Position numbers and translations under genes: made by a program. This document shows positions 20,928 through 31,472 of a DNA stretch of 32,000 bases, one piece after another. The notes beneath the pieces are model-generated. The model saw only the letters and a list, made by a program, of their open reading frames with translations. It had not been told where the DNA came from and did no database searches. Each line of letters opens with the position of its first letter. Positions within the stretch are counted from its first letter, which is position 1. Location: the NCBI RefSeq assembly GCF_000400465.1, contig NW_008806292.1, forward strand, positions 150,001 to 182,000, given 5' to 3'. This DNA comes from Wallemia ichthyophaga EXF-994. Taxonomy: Eukaryota > Fungi > Basidiomycota.

Positions 20928-21444
20928 ATGTCACCGCACGAGGAGCCACAGAGCGTGAACGTAAAAATAGACAAAGATGCAGCACAGCCGGGACAGAGCT
21001 ACGATAGATACAAGAAGGCATTCGAGCTGCTATCTGTGGATGATGTTAACAAGATTGAGAGTGTGCCGTGTATGCGCAACGCTCTCCTCTACGGGATAGG
21101 CGGTGGAATAACATTCGGTGCTATTCACTTCATATCCACGAGGAGTGAGTGGCGTGTGTATTTCAGTGGCTTGTAAGACGCTCACACCGACAGGAATCAA
21201 AAGCAGTTGGAATTGGACATTTGCTAGCTCAATGGTGGTGATGGTGGCCACATGGCAGCACTGCCGTTCCAGACGCGGCGAAGAAATGGACAAGATGAGA
21301 CTCCTTACTGAGAAGTATAGCGATCATCACATCTCCAATCTCAAGCGTAAGAATGACGAAGCGAGAAGACAGCGAGAAGCGCAGGAGCAGGAGCAAAAGC
21401 AAGGAAATGAATATAAGTGGTATAATCCAAAGCGATATTTGTAA
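20928..21444 (+). CDS. COX20: Cytochrome c oxidase assembly chaperone COX20, 2 exons
   Basis: Intron 21145-21193; VPCMRNALLYGIGGG..SWNWTF..WQHCRSRR with two TM segments and the two conserved cysteines. Confidence 0.82.
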
Positions 21445-21449
21445 ACAAC

Positions 21450-21851
21450 TTAGCAATCCCACAACTCTTTCCTATAATTCTCAACTAAATCCTTATCTGT
21501 ACCGTACTTGGCTTGAAATTGGGTAAAGCCACCCCTGAGAACCATCACATCCTGCTCTTTAGCATTTGGTAGCAGATCCTGTCTCGATTCTGCGTAGATT
21601 CTCGCTGCTTTCGGTCCCCTAGACTGCGATAACGCGCAATGGAAGACGACTCTAGGTACAGACTCATTTTGCTTGACGAGCTCGTGCACGCTATCCAAAA
21701 AGCTATTCGAAGGTACATTCTGGCAACCTTTGATATGACCGCCGATGAAATCAGAATCCCTTACATCCACAACCAGTAGTTCTGCTGGCTTGCCGATATG
21801 GCTGAGAATTTCTTTGTCGTTTACGTATCTATAAGGCAGCCCGAAACTCAT
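21450..21851 (-). CDS. Cdc25-like rhodanese phosphatase/arsenate reductase (Ych1/Ibp1/Acr2 family)
   Basis: VVDVRDSDFIGGHIKG, active-site loop FHCALSQSRGP, VLRGGF. Confidence 0.88.
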   Translation of the reverse strand: MSFGLPYRYVNDKEILSHIGKPAELLVVDVRDSDFIGGHIKGCQNVPSNSFLDSVHELVKQNESVPRVVFHCALSQSRGPKAARIYAESRQDLLPNAKEQDVMVLRGGFTQFQAKYGTDKDLVENYRKELWDC

Positions 21852-21884
21852 GTTCACTGTTTACTTTCAAGAGCGATAGAACAA
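21852..21884. promoter_or_regulatory. Putative bidirectional promoter spacer, Cdc25-like/RMT3 (33 bp)
   Basis: Position between divergent ATGs; contains TCAAGAG. Confidence 0.45.
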
Positions 21885-23378
21885 ATGTCTTCATCTAGTG
21901 AATCAAGCGTGGAAGAAGATTACGAGGGCTGGAATTCTGACGATTTGGAAAGCAAGAAGACGATAGCACTCACTGCAAATAAGACATTCGATAGGCCTGA
22001 GTCCGCTTTAGAATTTGATAAGCAGAATGGCTTGGATTTGATTGAATTGATAAAGAGGCTCAATTTAGATTACTATAATCAAATCAGATTGGTAAACTTC
22101 ATCAGAAAACAAGGCAAGGACGCAGTTTCAGCCATCACACCAAACGACGCCTTCTTCTCAAATGATGAATACCTGATCCCAGCTATAGAGTCAGATCCAC
22201 TGCTGTTCCAACTCACCAACGACGATGACTGGTCAGACGACGAGCAGCCTACGAACACTACCGATGAGCAATTGAAGCAATTGCAAGCTCAATTGAAGCA
22301 ATCGAATAGTTTCATCAACGATAAACTCTTGAATGATAACTTTGTTGATACGGAGTATTTCGAAAGCTACGACTACAATGAGATTCACGAGACTATGATC
22401 AAAGATCATGTTAGGACTGCTTCGTACGCTCAGTGGATACTCAACAACCAGCAGCTCATTAAAGGTAAGACTGTCATGGATGTTGGCTGTGGTACAGGTA
22501 TCCTCTCCCTCCTGGCTGCCAAAGCCGGCGCCAAGAAGGTTTATGCCATCGATGCATCCAACATCGTGCGCAAAGCCAATGAGAATATTGCAGCAAACAA
22601 TCTCACCAACGTCATCCAAGTAGTTAAGGGTAAAGTTGAAGAGATCGATCTGGAAGGAGTACAAGTCGACGTTATTATATCAGAGTGGATGGGATATTTC
22701 TTGCTCTTCGAAGCGATGCTTGACAGTGTAATTGTAGCAAGAGACAGATACTTGAAGCCAGACGGTGTAATGGCACCATCGCACATGCGCATCCTTCTGG
22801 GTGCAGCATCTAACTCCGATTGGTGGAACGAGAAGGTTGGATTTTGGGATAATATTTATGGTTTCACAATGAGTGGAATGTCAAAGGATATCCATAAATC
22901 TGCTCACGTCGAATCATTCGAACAGAGCTCACTGATAAGCAATAGCGTTGGCCTACTAGACATAAACACCAAAACCCAAAAAGCAAAAGCATTGAACTTC
23001 AAGTCATCATTCAATCTGAAAATCGAAAGTGATGAAACAATGCATGGATTTCTCGGTTGGTTTGACACCTTCTTCACAGACTCCAAGTCAGCCGAAACAC
23101 CAAAAGAATGCAACTCACAAGATCCACCTTCCGTTAAGTCCCTCATAGATGACGCCGGTGCTGAGCATAAGGATGTCTCTTTCACCACTGGTCCTCATGG
23201 TACTGAAACTCACTGGAAGCAGACTTTCTTCGCCTTTTCGAAACCATTAGATGTGAAGAAGGGTGATAGTATATCTGGTGTATTCATCTCTAACAAGAGC
23301 GAAAGAGGTTTGGAGATGGAAGTCATATGGAAATTGAATGACAAAGAGGAAGTCAAATCGTTATTCAAACTCAACTAA
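21885..23378 (+). CDS. RMT3: Type I protein arginine methyltransferase 3 (ribosomal protein S2 methyltransferase)
   Basis: DYYNQIRLVNFIR pre-domain, YFESY..IHETMIKDHVRT, VMDVGCGTGILS, DVIISEWMGYFLLFEAML, THWKQ loop; ATG at 21885 (ORF-track start is an alternative-codon extension). Confidence 0.88.
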   Translation: MSSSSESSVEEDYEGWNSDDLESKKTIALTANKTFDRPESALEFDKQNGLDLIELIKRLNLDYYNQIRLVNFIRKQGKDAVSAITPNDAFFSNDEYLIPAIESDPLLFQLTNDDDWSDDEQPTNTTDEQLKQLQAQLKQSNSFINDKLLNDNFVDTEYFESYDYNEIHETMIKDHVRTASYAQWILNNQQLIKGKTVMDVGCGTGILSLLAAKAGAKKVYAIDASNIVRKANENIAANNLTNVIQVVKGKVEEIDLEGVQVDVIISEWMGYFLLFEAMLDSVIVARDRYLKPDGVMAPSHMRILLGAASNSDWWNEKVGFWDNIYGFTMSGMSKDIHKSAHVESFEQSSLISNSVGLLDINTKTQKAKALNFKSSFNLKIESDETMHGFLGWFDTFFTDSKSAETPKECNSQDPPSVKSLIDDAGAEHKDVSFTTGPHGTETHWKQTFFAFSKPLDVKKGDSISGVFISNKSERGLEMEVIWKLNDKEEVKSLFKLN

Positions 23379-23479
23379 GAATAATTCTAATTTATTTTAT
23401 ATGCTCATTTTATACAACAATTGTTTGCCATGTGTAAAATAAATACTGCAATTGAAAAGTTTTGAATATGCCAACTTCA

Positions 23480-26400
23480 TTAATCTGAAGATCCATCACT
23501 CAGCATAGACTCAGCGTCGTCATCTAATCCAGTAGTAGGCGAATCGTCGATCAGATTGAAGTAAGCATCTATCTGTTCAGTAAAATCCTCCTTTGTACTC
23601 ATGATCTTGGCTGCTCCTGGTATAGCCCCATATTCGATTGGTCGCATCTCTGTCTTAATAGCTAACGCCTTGTCACCATACGAAGTCTTCTTCTTTGGAT
23701 TATATTCGAAGAACTGCTTATCAGTAAAGCCATACATATCTCTGAGATTGCTTTTTAGGAGTGTGCAAATTGAAAAAACAACGCTGCTCCTTATCATGTT
23801 CTTCATGGTCTCATTGATATTTTCGAAAGAAAGTTCGTCACGAAGTTGTTCACCGTGCGTCGCAAGATACGTAGAGAGCATCTTGCCAATACACAATACT
23901 TCCTCATTGTTCTGATAGCTGAAAGCGAGCAAGTTGTCAGCCACAAACTTTGACATCGAGATGCTATCATCTGAGACAGCCTTCCTCAATGGATTCATGT
24001 CGAAGTGTTTGACAATTCCACCCAAAAAATCCAGCTTCATTAAACGTTTCTCCTTCATAAAATCGAACCACGTTTCCAATAATGCAACATCATTTCTAAA
24101 TCCATTTTCTTGTCCAGTTATGAGACGGTGGTACTGGAAGGCTTTTTCAACCGTGGCAAGATACTGAGTATTGAGAACAGAAGCGTGTTTAGAGTGAAGG
24201 GTTGCGTGGAGCTCTTTAGCCTTTGCGACCGTTGCTCCTGATGTACTGGTCTCGAGAGCTACTAGTGCTGGGAGTAGCTATGCGCATTTAGCAAAGCCTT
24301 TAATGTAGTTGCAATACTCACTTCAATTGGGTGGGTTAGACCCTGTTTAACGACAAATCCTAATATATCTATGGCCGGTGCGCTTATGGCGGCGGACGTA
24401 GAAAGCGCTGCATCGAGTATATGACGAAGGTAACGTGTCAGTACGCGCGGACCAACGCTAATAATGAAGTCAGTTGCAAATTAAAGTCACACATTTCACT
24501 CACTTAGAGTCATTCAAGACATCAGCATCGCCAATAAGGTTATCGACAGTGATTTCTTTGTTCTGTACTGTTGCATCATCAGGCTTATCGTTCTTCTTAA
24601 GCTCATCCACTCTCAAATACTCCTGGAATACCAATAAAAGTTGCAGCTGGTCTGATTTATGCTGTGTATCAGTATCACCAAACACTTCGTCCATCATTTG
24701 GATAGAAGCCAGATCATTCATCAGATAAGGATATCCAACAAAAAGACAACCTAGTCCGCGTAATGTGAGAGCACGTATACTCGGTTCTTTGACATTTGAA
24801 CGAACAGCCATAAGCAAAACCCAGATGCGTACGGGGATGGTGAACTCTCTTTCGTCGTCTGATTCGTCGGTATGTTCAAAGACGAGCAATTTATCTACCT
24901 CATCAAGATCATTGGCTGCGTTGAAGTACTGCTGACGTGCTCTTTCCCTAACGTGCATATCATCGTAGTTCTTAACATCATCAAAGTCGCAGTGCTGAAC
25001 AAGGAGGGACATGATTATAATGAGTACTCTGCACTTCATAAATGCTTCCTTGGTTTGTGAATTACTATCCAATAGTGCCTTCGTTTCAGTTACTGCCTTG
25101 AGTAGCATTCTTGTGAGCGTAACATAAGAGTTCGTGTGGCGGGTTACGACGTGGCAAAGACATGCTACAGCTTCGGAAAGCTCAGACATCCTGCCATTTG
25201 GATTGGCTATTAAAGGCAACAGCCTATTCTGAAGATTATCGGTGAGACGCATTGATGTTACTATTGGGAGTCTCGGTATGACCTTTCTGAAGATCTTCAG
25301 AGTAGCTTCGCAAATGGCTCTTTCTTCAGGCTTTAGTGATTATTAGTAGAAAATCCAACGCGACGAATTAGCACCCACACTTCGACCATTAGTTAGCAAC
25401 GGTAAGAGCTGCTCAGCAGCGGAACCTCCAACAACTCCTTTGCCTGTACCAGAAATGACAAGTATAGCTCTTACACAAGCGAGAGGACTAAAATTCTTAT
25501 CTTCTTCCCTCATGTCAAGCCTGTCTACTAGAGAATTTGCGATAGATTTAAGACGTGTCGAAATTTGAACGTTGTGAGACATTGGATGTCTCTTCACCAG
25601 CTTCAACATAGCCTCTTCGAATAAACTATAGCGATCCCCAAAGAGCTTGGTGACCATCATGATAATCTCTACAACATCATTGATCGATTTCGATTGATCG
25701 TCTTCATCATAACTCTTCTCATCTCTGATAAACGCCTTCTCCTTTGCTGATGACTTGGGGATAACAAGGTCCAGCCAAAGTTTGTCAAGAGCATCAAGAG
25801 CAGCATCTTTCAGTAAGTCATCCTCATCAGCAATACGCAAGCAAAATAGCTTCGCTATTTCCGCCTTTCTTTTTAAGCTGGTAGTTGACTCGTAGATATC
25901 TCTGAGAAGCTTTGCAACACGCTTTCTAACCGCAGGACTCGAATCATCGATTCTTCTACTCACAATAGTGAAGTATGCATCGGCAACTCCACTGTCCTTG
26001 GCGAGATGCTTAGAAAGGACATCCAGAGCTGCATCCCTAACACTAGAAGCGACATCACCGACCCTGCTACTAATACAACGCTTAATATCTTCATCATTGA
26101 GGAGGCTGTTATCACTCATAATGGCTACACCAAGTGCTTTGACAGCTTTAGCACGGATAGATGCTGAGTTAGAAGAGAAAGACTCTAAGATGGTGACGAG
26201 AATTCGATCCTGCGCTTTCTGTACAAGCGATGTAGATGAGAGCTGTAATGTGATGTACTGCATTTGGTTCATGCTGAGACGATTATAGTCAGCAAAATCC
26301 ATATTCTCGTCTTCTGCCCAGATCTCTTGAAGGAATGTAAAAAGCTTTCCTTGTACACCTGATTGGTTATGACGAACTGTTTCATCTTCGCCTGCTTCTT

Positions 26401-29162
26401 CAAAAATGGTTTGCGACACCTGAAGCCCTCTTACTATTGCATAACCCCATTGCGATCCAAGCGACTCATAGGCTGACCTACATAGTTCGCTTCTCGACCC
26501 ATTTATGTATAAATTCATGAGTAACTGCTGATGAATAGAGTGAAGATTTTCTAGTGCGCCGATATCTCCATTAGTGACAGTCCTTTCAATATCAAAGTAT
26601 GGATTAGAATCATTTTTGCCTTCCTCATGCATTCTTTGAAGCTCCACCGTTCTAACATGAGCAAAGATGTTACCGAAATGCTCCAAAATCACCGAGCGCA
26701 TGTTGTTGACTTCAGTTGGTGATTTGATTTTCGGGTCTATTTCATGCTCTACTAGCTTGACAGTGACAACAAGTAGCCAGGATGCACCGGGCCACTCTGG
26801 AAGATGCAGTACTGTCAGTGCATCATTTACAATATTCTCCAACATGATCTTATAGTCTGCCTCATGCGAGCTCTTTTGCGATTTGGATTGTGAGATGTGA
26901 GTAAACACTTGAAACATGATGCTCTGCGAAATTGATATTGTTGGAACTAGAGCCCTCTTCCAGAGTCCAGCCTCAGCTAACAGAAACTCTGTATGTTTTT
27001 TATCTTTCCCATCATCTACCTCCTCATCTTTGAAAGTGTTCAAGTGATGTTTGTCGCGCAAGGTGTTGACTTGTTCGTGCACGCTGTGCGAGCATGCTTG
27101 AACAAGCTGGAAAAGTAGTGCTGAGAGTGTGAAGATTGATTTTCCTGACTTTAATTGGTACTGCCTGGTTTGCTTCTTTAACTCAGGTAATTTAATCGTT
27201 GCAGAGAGTATTTCGTCGATAATCCAATGTCTTTGTGTATCGTAGTTTGCGAAGATATTTTGCATGAGAGTGAGCGCAGTCAGGCGCAATTCTCGCAATC
27301 CAATACCCCCTCCAATTGGCGAAAGAGCATTTTTAACGGCACCGTTCTTCGTTGATGTTGGTTCAGCTACGAAAAATGGTCCGATCGAAATGTATGTTGC
27401 GGTGATCAAGACTGAGTCTCCCAGACTGACATGCGTAAGATTCATTAGGGCATTTAGAGATGGAAGGGATGATTTGATTGCGTTGAAGAGGTTCGAGAGT
27501 TGCTTCTTGATTGGCTGTGGATCTTCTCTTGCAATATACGCGAGGCACTCAGATGGGTTGCCTATTTAAAATGTTAGTTAGACATGTACTACACAGCAAA
27601 ACGTAGACCCACTGTATCCTTCTTCAATTGCTTCAACGTATGAATATACAGTCTTGGTGAGATGATGTCTGAGAACCGACAAACACTTCGAAAGCACGTC
27701 TTCAAAGTAAAGCTGCTTTGGTAATTGGTCGAACTTCATAATCAGAAGAATGCACTCCACTGCTATAATGGATTCTGTGGATGTTTGAAGGTTTCTTTTA
27801 CATCCTTCGACATCCCGTTCATCCACAGTCCAAACGGATAGCTTGTCACCCAGCCCAACGGTCTTGCTGAGTAGCTTGATCAGACGTGCGAGCGTAATGA
27901 CCAGCTCTGATTGCGAAGTACCATCAAAGTCATTATTAGCCAGCTCAAGAATAGAGTTTGGCTTGCTGGCATAAAGTTGATTTAAACACGAGGAAATGTC
28001 TTTGATAAAGGTTGCTTGCAAGTGACCACCACTTGCAAACATAGCAGCGTATTCCTTAGGGATTTCATCCACGCCCATCAACACGCTATCTTCAGTCTCC
28101 AAAATTGAATTAATAAGTTGCTTGAGCTTCTTTAATGAATGCTTGTCAATTGAGTTATTGGACAGCTCTGTAGCAACAACAGTCCTGCGAGATGATGCAG
28201 CCTTGGGAATGTTCTTCAAAAGCGGGTTGTGTGCAACGATTTTGTCAACAAATTTATCGTCTTTTGTAACAGGAGGCGGTGCTTTCTCAGCTTCCATCGC
28301 TTCTGCAGGCGGATCGGAACTGAAATGCACTTGCTTGGCTGGTTTTGATTTTGGGTCTGACACATTTCGTGAAGTTTTAGGCGGTTCAGTCTGTTTGGAG
28401 CGTTTATTGCTAGGTGAGTTTGCTTCATATGGAACATCTCGCTTCTTGCTTTCCTTGTTTTTTGCAGGTAAATTTTCACCATCAGTCTTTGCATTCTCCC
28501 GTTTTAATTTGGACGATGAAGGAGGAGGAGGATCGTTAATGATTCTATTCCTCAAAGAGTACAGATAGTTGCTGTCATCTTGCATTGATAATGCGATTTC
28601 TGCGTTGCTAGTATTCTTTGTCTTTGGTTTACTTGATCTAGGGAGTGGGGGTATAGATTTTTGTACTTTGTTTGCTGTTGAGTTAGGCATACCGATATCG
28701 AGATGGACTGGATTGTTAGATATTGATATATCTGCAGGTAGTTTGATATTGCTTTTGTATGTCAGCCATATCAAAGACATTGAATACGCGGAACTAACGG
28801 CAGAGATTCGTCCTGGATATTGAGCTGATGCTGTTTGCGTATCAGATCTACAATATCTTCGTCGTCTGATGCGCCAGTATTCCAGATGATATCAAATTCC
28901 TCGTTGGACGGCTTGGAGGAGGCTAAATCTGGAGACGATATATATGTATGTGATTCTGGAAAGAGCCTGGAGACTGTTGTGTGTGTTATCTCTTTGCATC
29001 TCGATGTTTGTTCTTCAACTCACATTGAGAAGATGGAAGTGCGTTTGGAAAGGGGGAGATAGAGATAACATCATTTATGTTCTTGATTGGCCTTTTGCTA
29101 TTCCCCGGCCCATCATCCTTGCCACCGCCATAGAATGATCTCACGGTGAATTTGGTCGTCAT
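23480..29162 (-). CDS. SCC2: Cohesin loader Scc2/Mis4/NIPBL, 7 exons
   Basis: Introns 28974-29023, 28752-28798, 27562-27612, 25331-25378, 24458-24503 and 24278-24321 give one frame. IGPFF, WIIDEIL, ASIRAKAVKAL, DVASSVRDAALDVL, DSSPAVRKRV HEAT block, KQGLTHPIE..PALVALETS (Nipped-B_C). Confidence 0.9.
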
Positions 29163-29199
29163 CGTTGGGTTGATCGTTCCCTTCACCGCAACAGCGATT
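29163..29199. promoter_or_regulatory. Putative bidirectional promoter spacer, SCC2/PPWD1 (37 bp)
   Basis: Position between divergent ATGs; the SCC2 start is inferred from the first-exon ORF. Confidence 0.4.
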
Positions 29200-31396
29200 A
29201 TGGCAGACGACAATGAAGAAGATTTTGGGCCAATGCCAATGCCCGATATGTCAAATAAGAAGAGGAAGGTGCTCACGCACGAGTCAACGTATCTCAACAA
29301 TCTCCCGCTCAGCGACAGATATACAAAGTCCTTTATGCACAGAGACAACGTCCTCACGGCAGCGACCACAAAGACAAACTATATCGTGACTACATCTGTC
29401 GAAGGTACCATTAAGTTCTGGCACAAGGAGCCCAAAGGAATCGAGTTCAGAAAGCAATTCAGAGCTCATTTGCAGCCGATTGTAGCTACAGCTGTCTCCA
29501 ACGATGGCAGCCTGGTGGCTACGCTATCAGAAGACAACTCTGTCAAGGTTTTCGATGTCGTCAGTTTCGATATGATCAACATGTTCAGTCTGGACTTCCC
29601 CCCTTCAACATGCGCATGGATACATAGTCCTAGCCAAGGCGGATCTGTCCTAGCTATTTCCGACAAGAACTCATCGGCCATGCATCTCTTTGATGGCAGA
29701 GGAGACGGTAAACCCTTCCATACTCTCACCAGCATCCACAACAAGCCGGTCAACATCATCAAGTACTCAGACAGATACGATACTGTTATTTCAGCTGACA
29801 TCGGTGGTATGATTGAGTACTGGTCACCTCATGAGCCGTATGAAACACCAAAAGATGTTCCACGCCTTTGGGAGTTTAAATCGTCTACCGATCTGTACGA
29901 ATTTAGGAAGGCTAAAGCACCCCCAACCTCTATTGCACTTTCACCGGACTCAAGTCACTTTGTTGCGTTCTCAATCAAAGACAGAAAGATCAGACTTTTC
30001 AATTTCCTCTCTGGTAAGCTTACGCGAAAGTATGATGAATCGCTGGAGGCTGCTAGTGAAATGCAGCAAGCAGGCACAGCTATATACAAATTAGATGATA
30101 TGGAATTCGGCAGAAGACTAGCATTGGAGTCTGAGATACAAGAGAACGAGCACGCAGTGTCAAACATGAACGTCATATTTGACGAGAGCGGTAACTTTAT
30201 CATCTACCCAACGCTCTTAGGTATTAAAGGTGCGTCAAGATATTTTGTTAGCTGGGTCACTGACATTGATGTCTAGTTGTGAACATTGTCACAAACAAGG
30301 TTGCCAGAGTCCTTGGAAAAGACGACTCAATAAGATTCCTAAATGTCTCGCTTTATCAAGGTGCACCGACGAAAAAAGGATTCATGACTGCCCAAATGGC
30401 TGCTTCTGACAATCCAATCTTGCAAGAGTCTCAGGCTCGTGATCCTATACTCTTCTGTTCAGCGTACAAGCGTCCCCGTTTTCATCTCTTTTCGAACTCC
30501 GAGCCTGAAGGGTGAGTTGTTAATTCTAATTGAACATGAGCTGATTTGTCTTCAGATCTGGAGATCGCGATGTTTTCAATGAAAAACCAACTCAAGAGGA
30601 ACAAGCTATGACAGTCGCACCTGTCCAAAAGCAGATTAGACAAAGACCAGCGGCAGGAAAGGCGATTTTGCATACAACATTGGGCGACATTACTTTGCGA
30701 TTGTGAGTGCGTTTACAGTGTTACTGTTGTGTTGATAATGAAATCCAGATTCGCTGATAAGGCACCTAAGGCTGTCGAAAATTTTACCGGACATGCCAGC
30801 AGCGGCTACTACGAGGGCGTGATATTCCACAGAAGTACGTAAAACGAGCTCACTTATGGCAAGCTAACGCATCGTCCAAGTCATCCGTAGATTTGTAAGA
30901 GATTCCTGCGATTAAAGCTGTCCTTACTAACGCAATCAAGATGCTTCAAACAGGTGACCCACTTGGTGACGGTACTGGTGGAGACAGTATCTTTGGCCAC
31001 GACTTCGAAGATGAGTTTCATCCAGACCTGTCTCATGATAAGCCATACACGTTAAGGTAGGTGGATCTTGATTGGACCTGACTGAAGGTCTAACGAATGT
31101 AGCATGGCAAATGCAGGACCAGGAACTAATGCGTCGCAATTTTTTATAACCACAGTGCCAACACCGTGGCTGGATAACAAGCACACGTGAGTACAATATC
31201 AAGTAGAGTATTTCGCTGAATGTCCTTCAGGGTATTTGGTAGAGCGATTTCAGGGATGGATGTGATACACAAGATCGAAGAACTGAGAGTAGATAGGAAG
31301 GACAGGGTAGGTGATAATCCACTCGCAACACCGGCACTAACGAAGAGTAAATAGCCCGAGGATCCACCACAGATATCAAGTATATCAGTAGAATAA
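29200..31396 (+). CDS. PPWD1: WD40-repeat cyclophilin PPWD1/Cyp15, 8 exons
   Basis: [37 protein letters not shown], cyclophilin [50 protein letters not shown]. Introns 30230-30276, 30512-30555, 30703-30748, 30835-30880, 30895-30940, 31057-31102, 31187-31230 and one more near the 3' end. Confidence 0.93.
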
Positions 31397-31472
31397 TTTA
31401 TAATTTGTAAAATTCATTTGAATAATTGCCATTTGTACCACCGATAAACTTGCACACTGACACCCACGAGCG

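Noticed and set aside
21798-21884. Apparent coding overlap of RMT3 with the Cdc25-like gene (and similarly 20900-20922, 15610-15840, 29146-29369)
   Set aside because: Artefact of ORF-track starts at GTG/TTG or upstream extensions; the first plausible ATGs do not overlap
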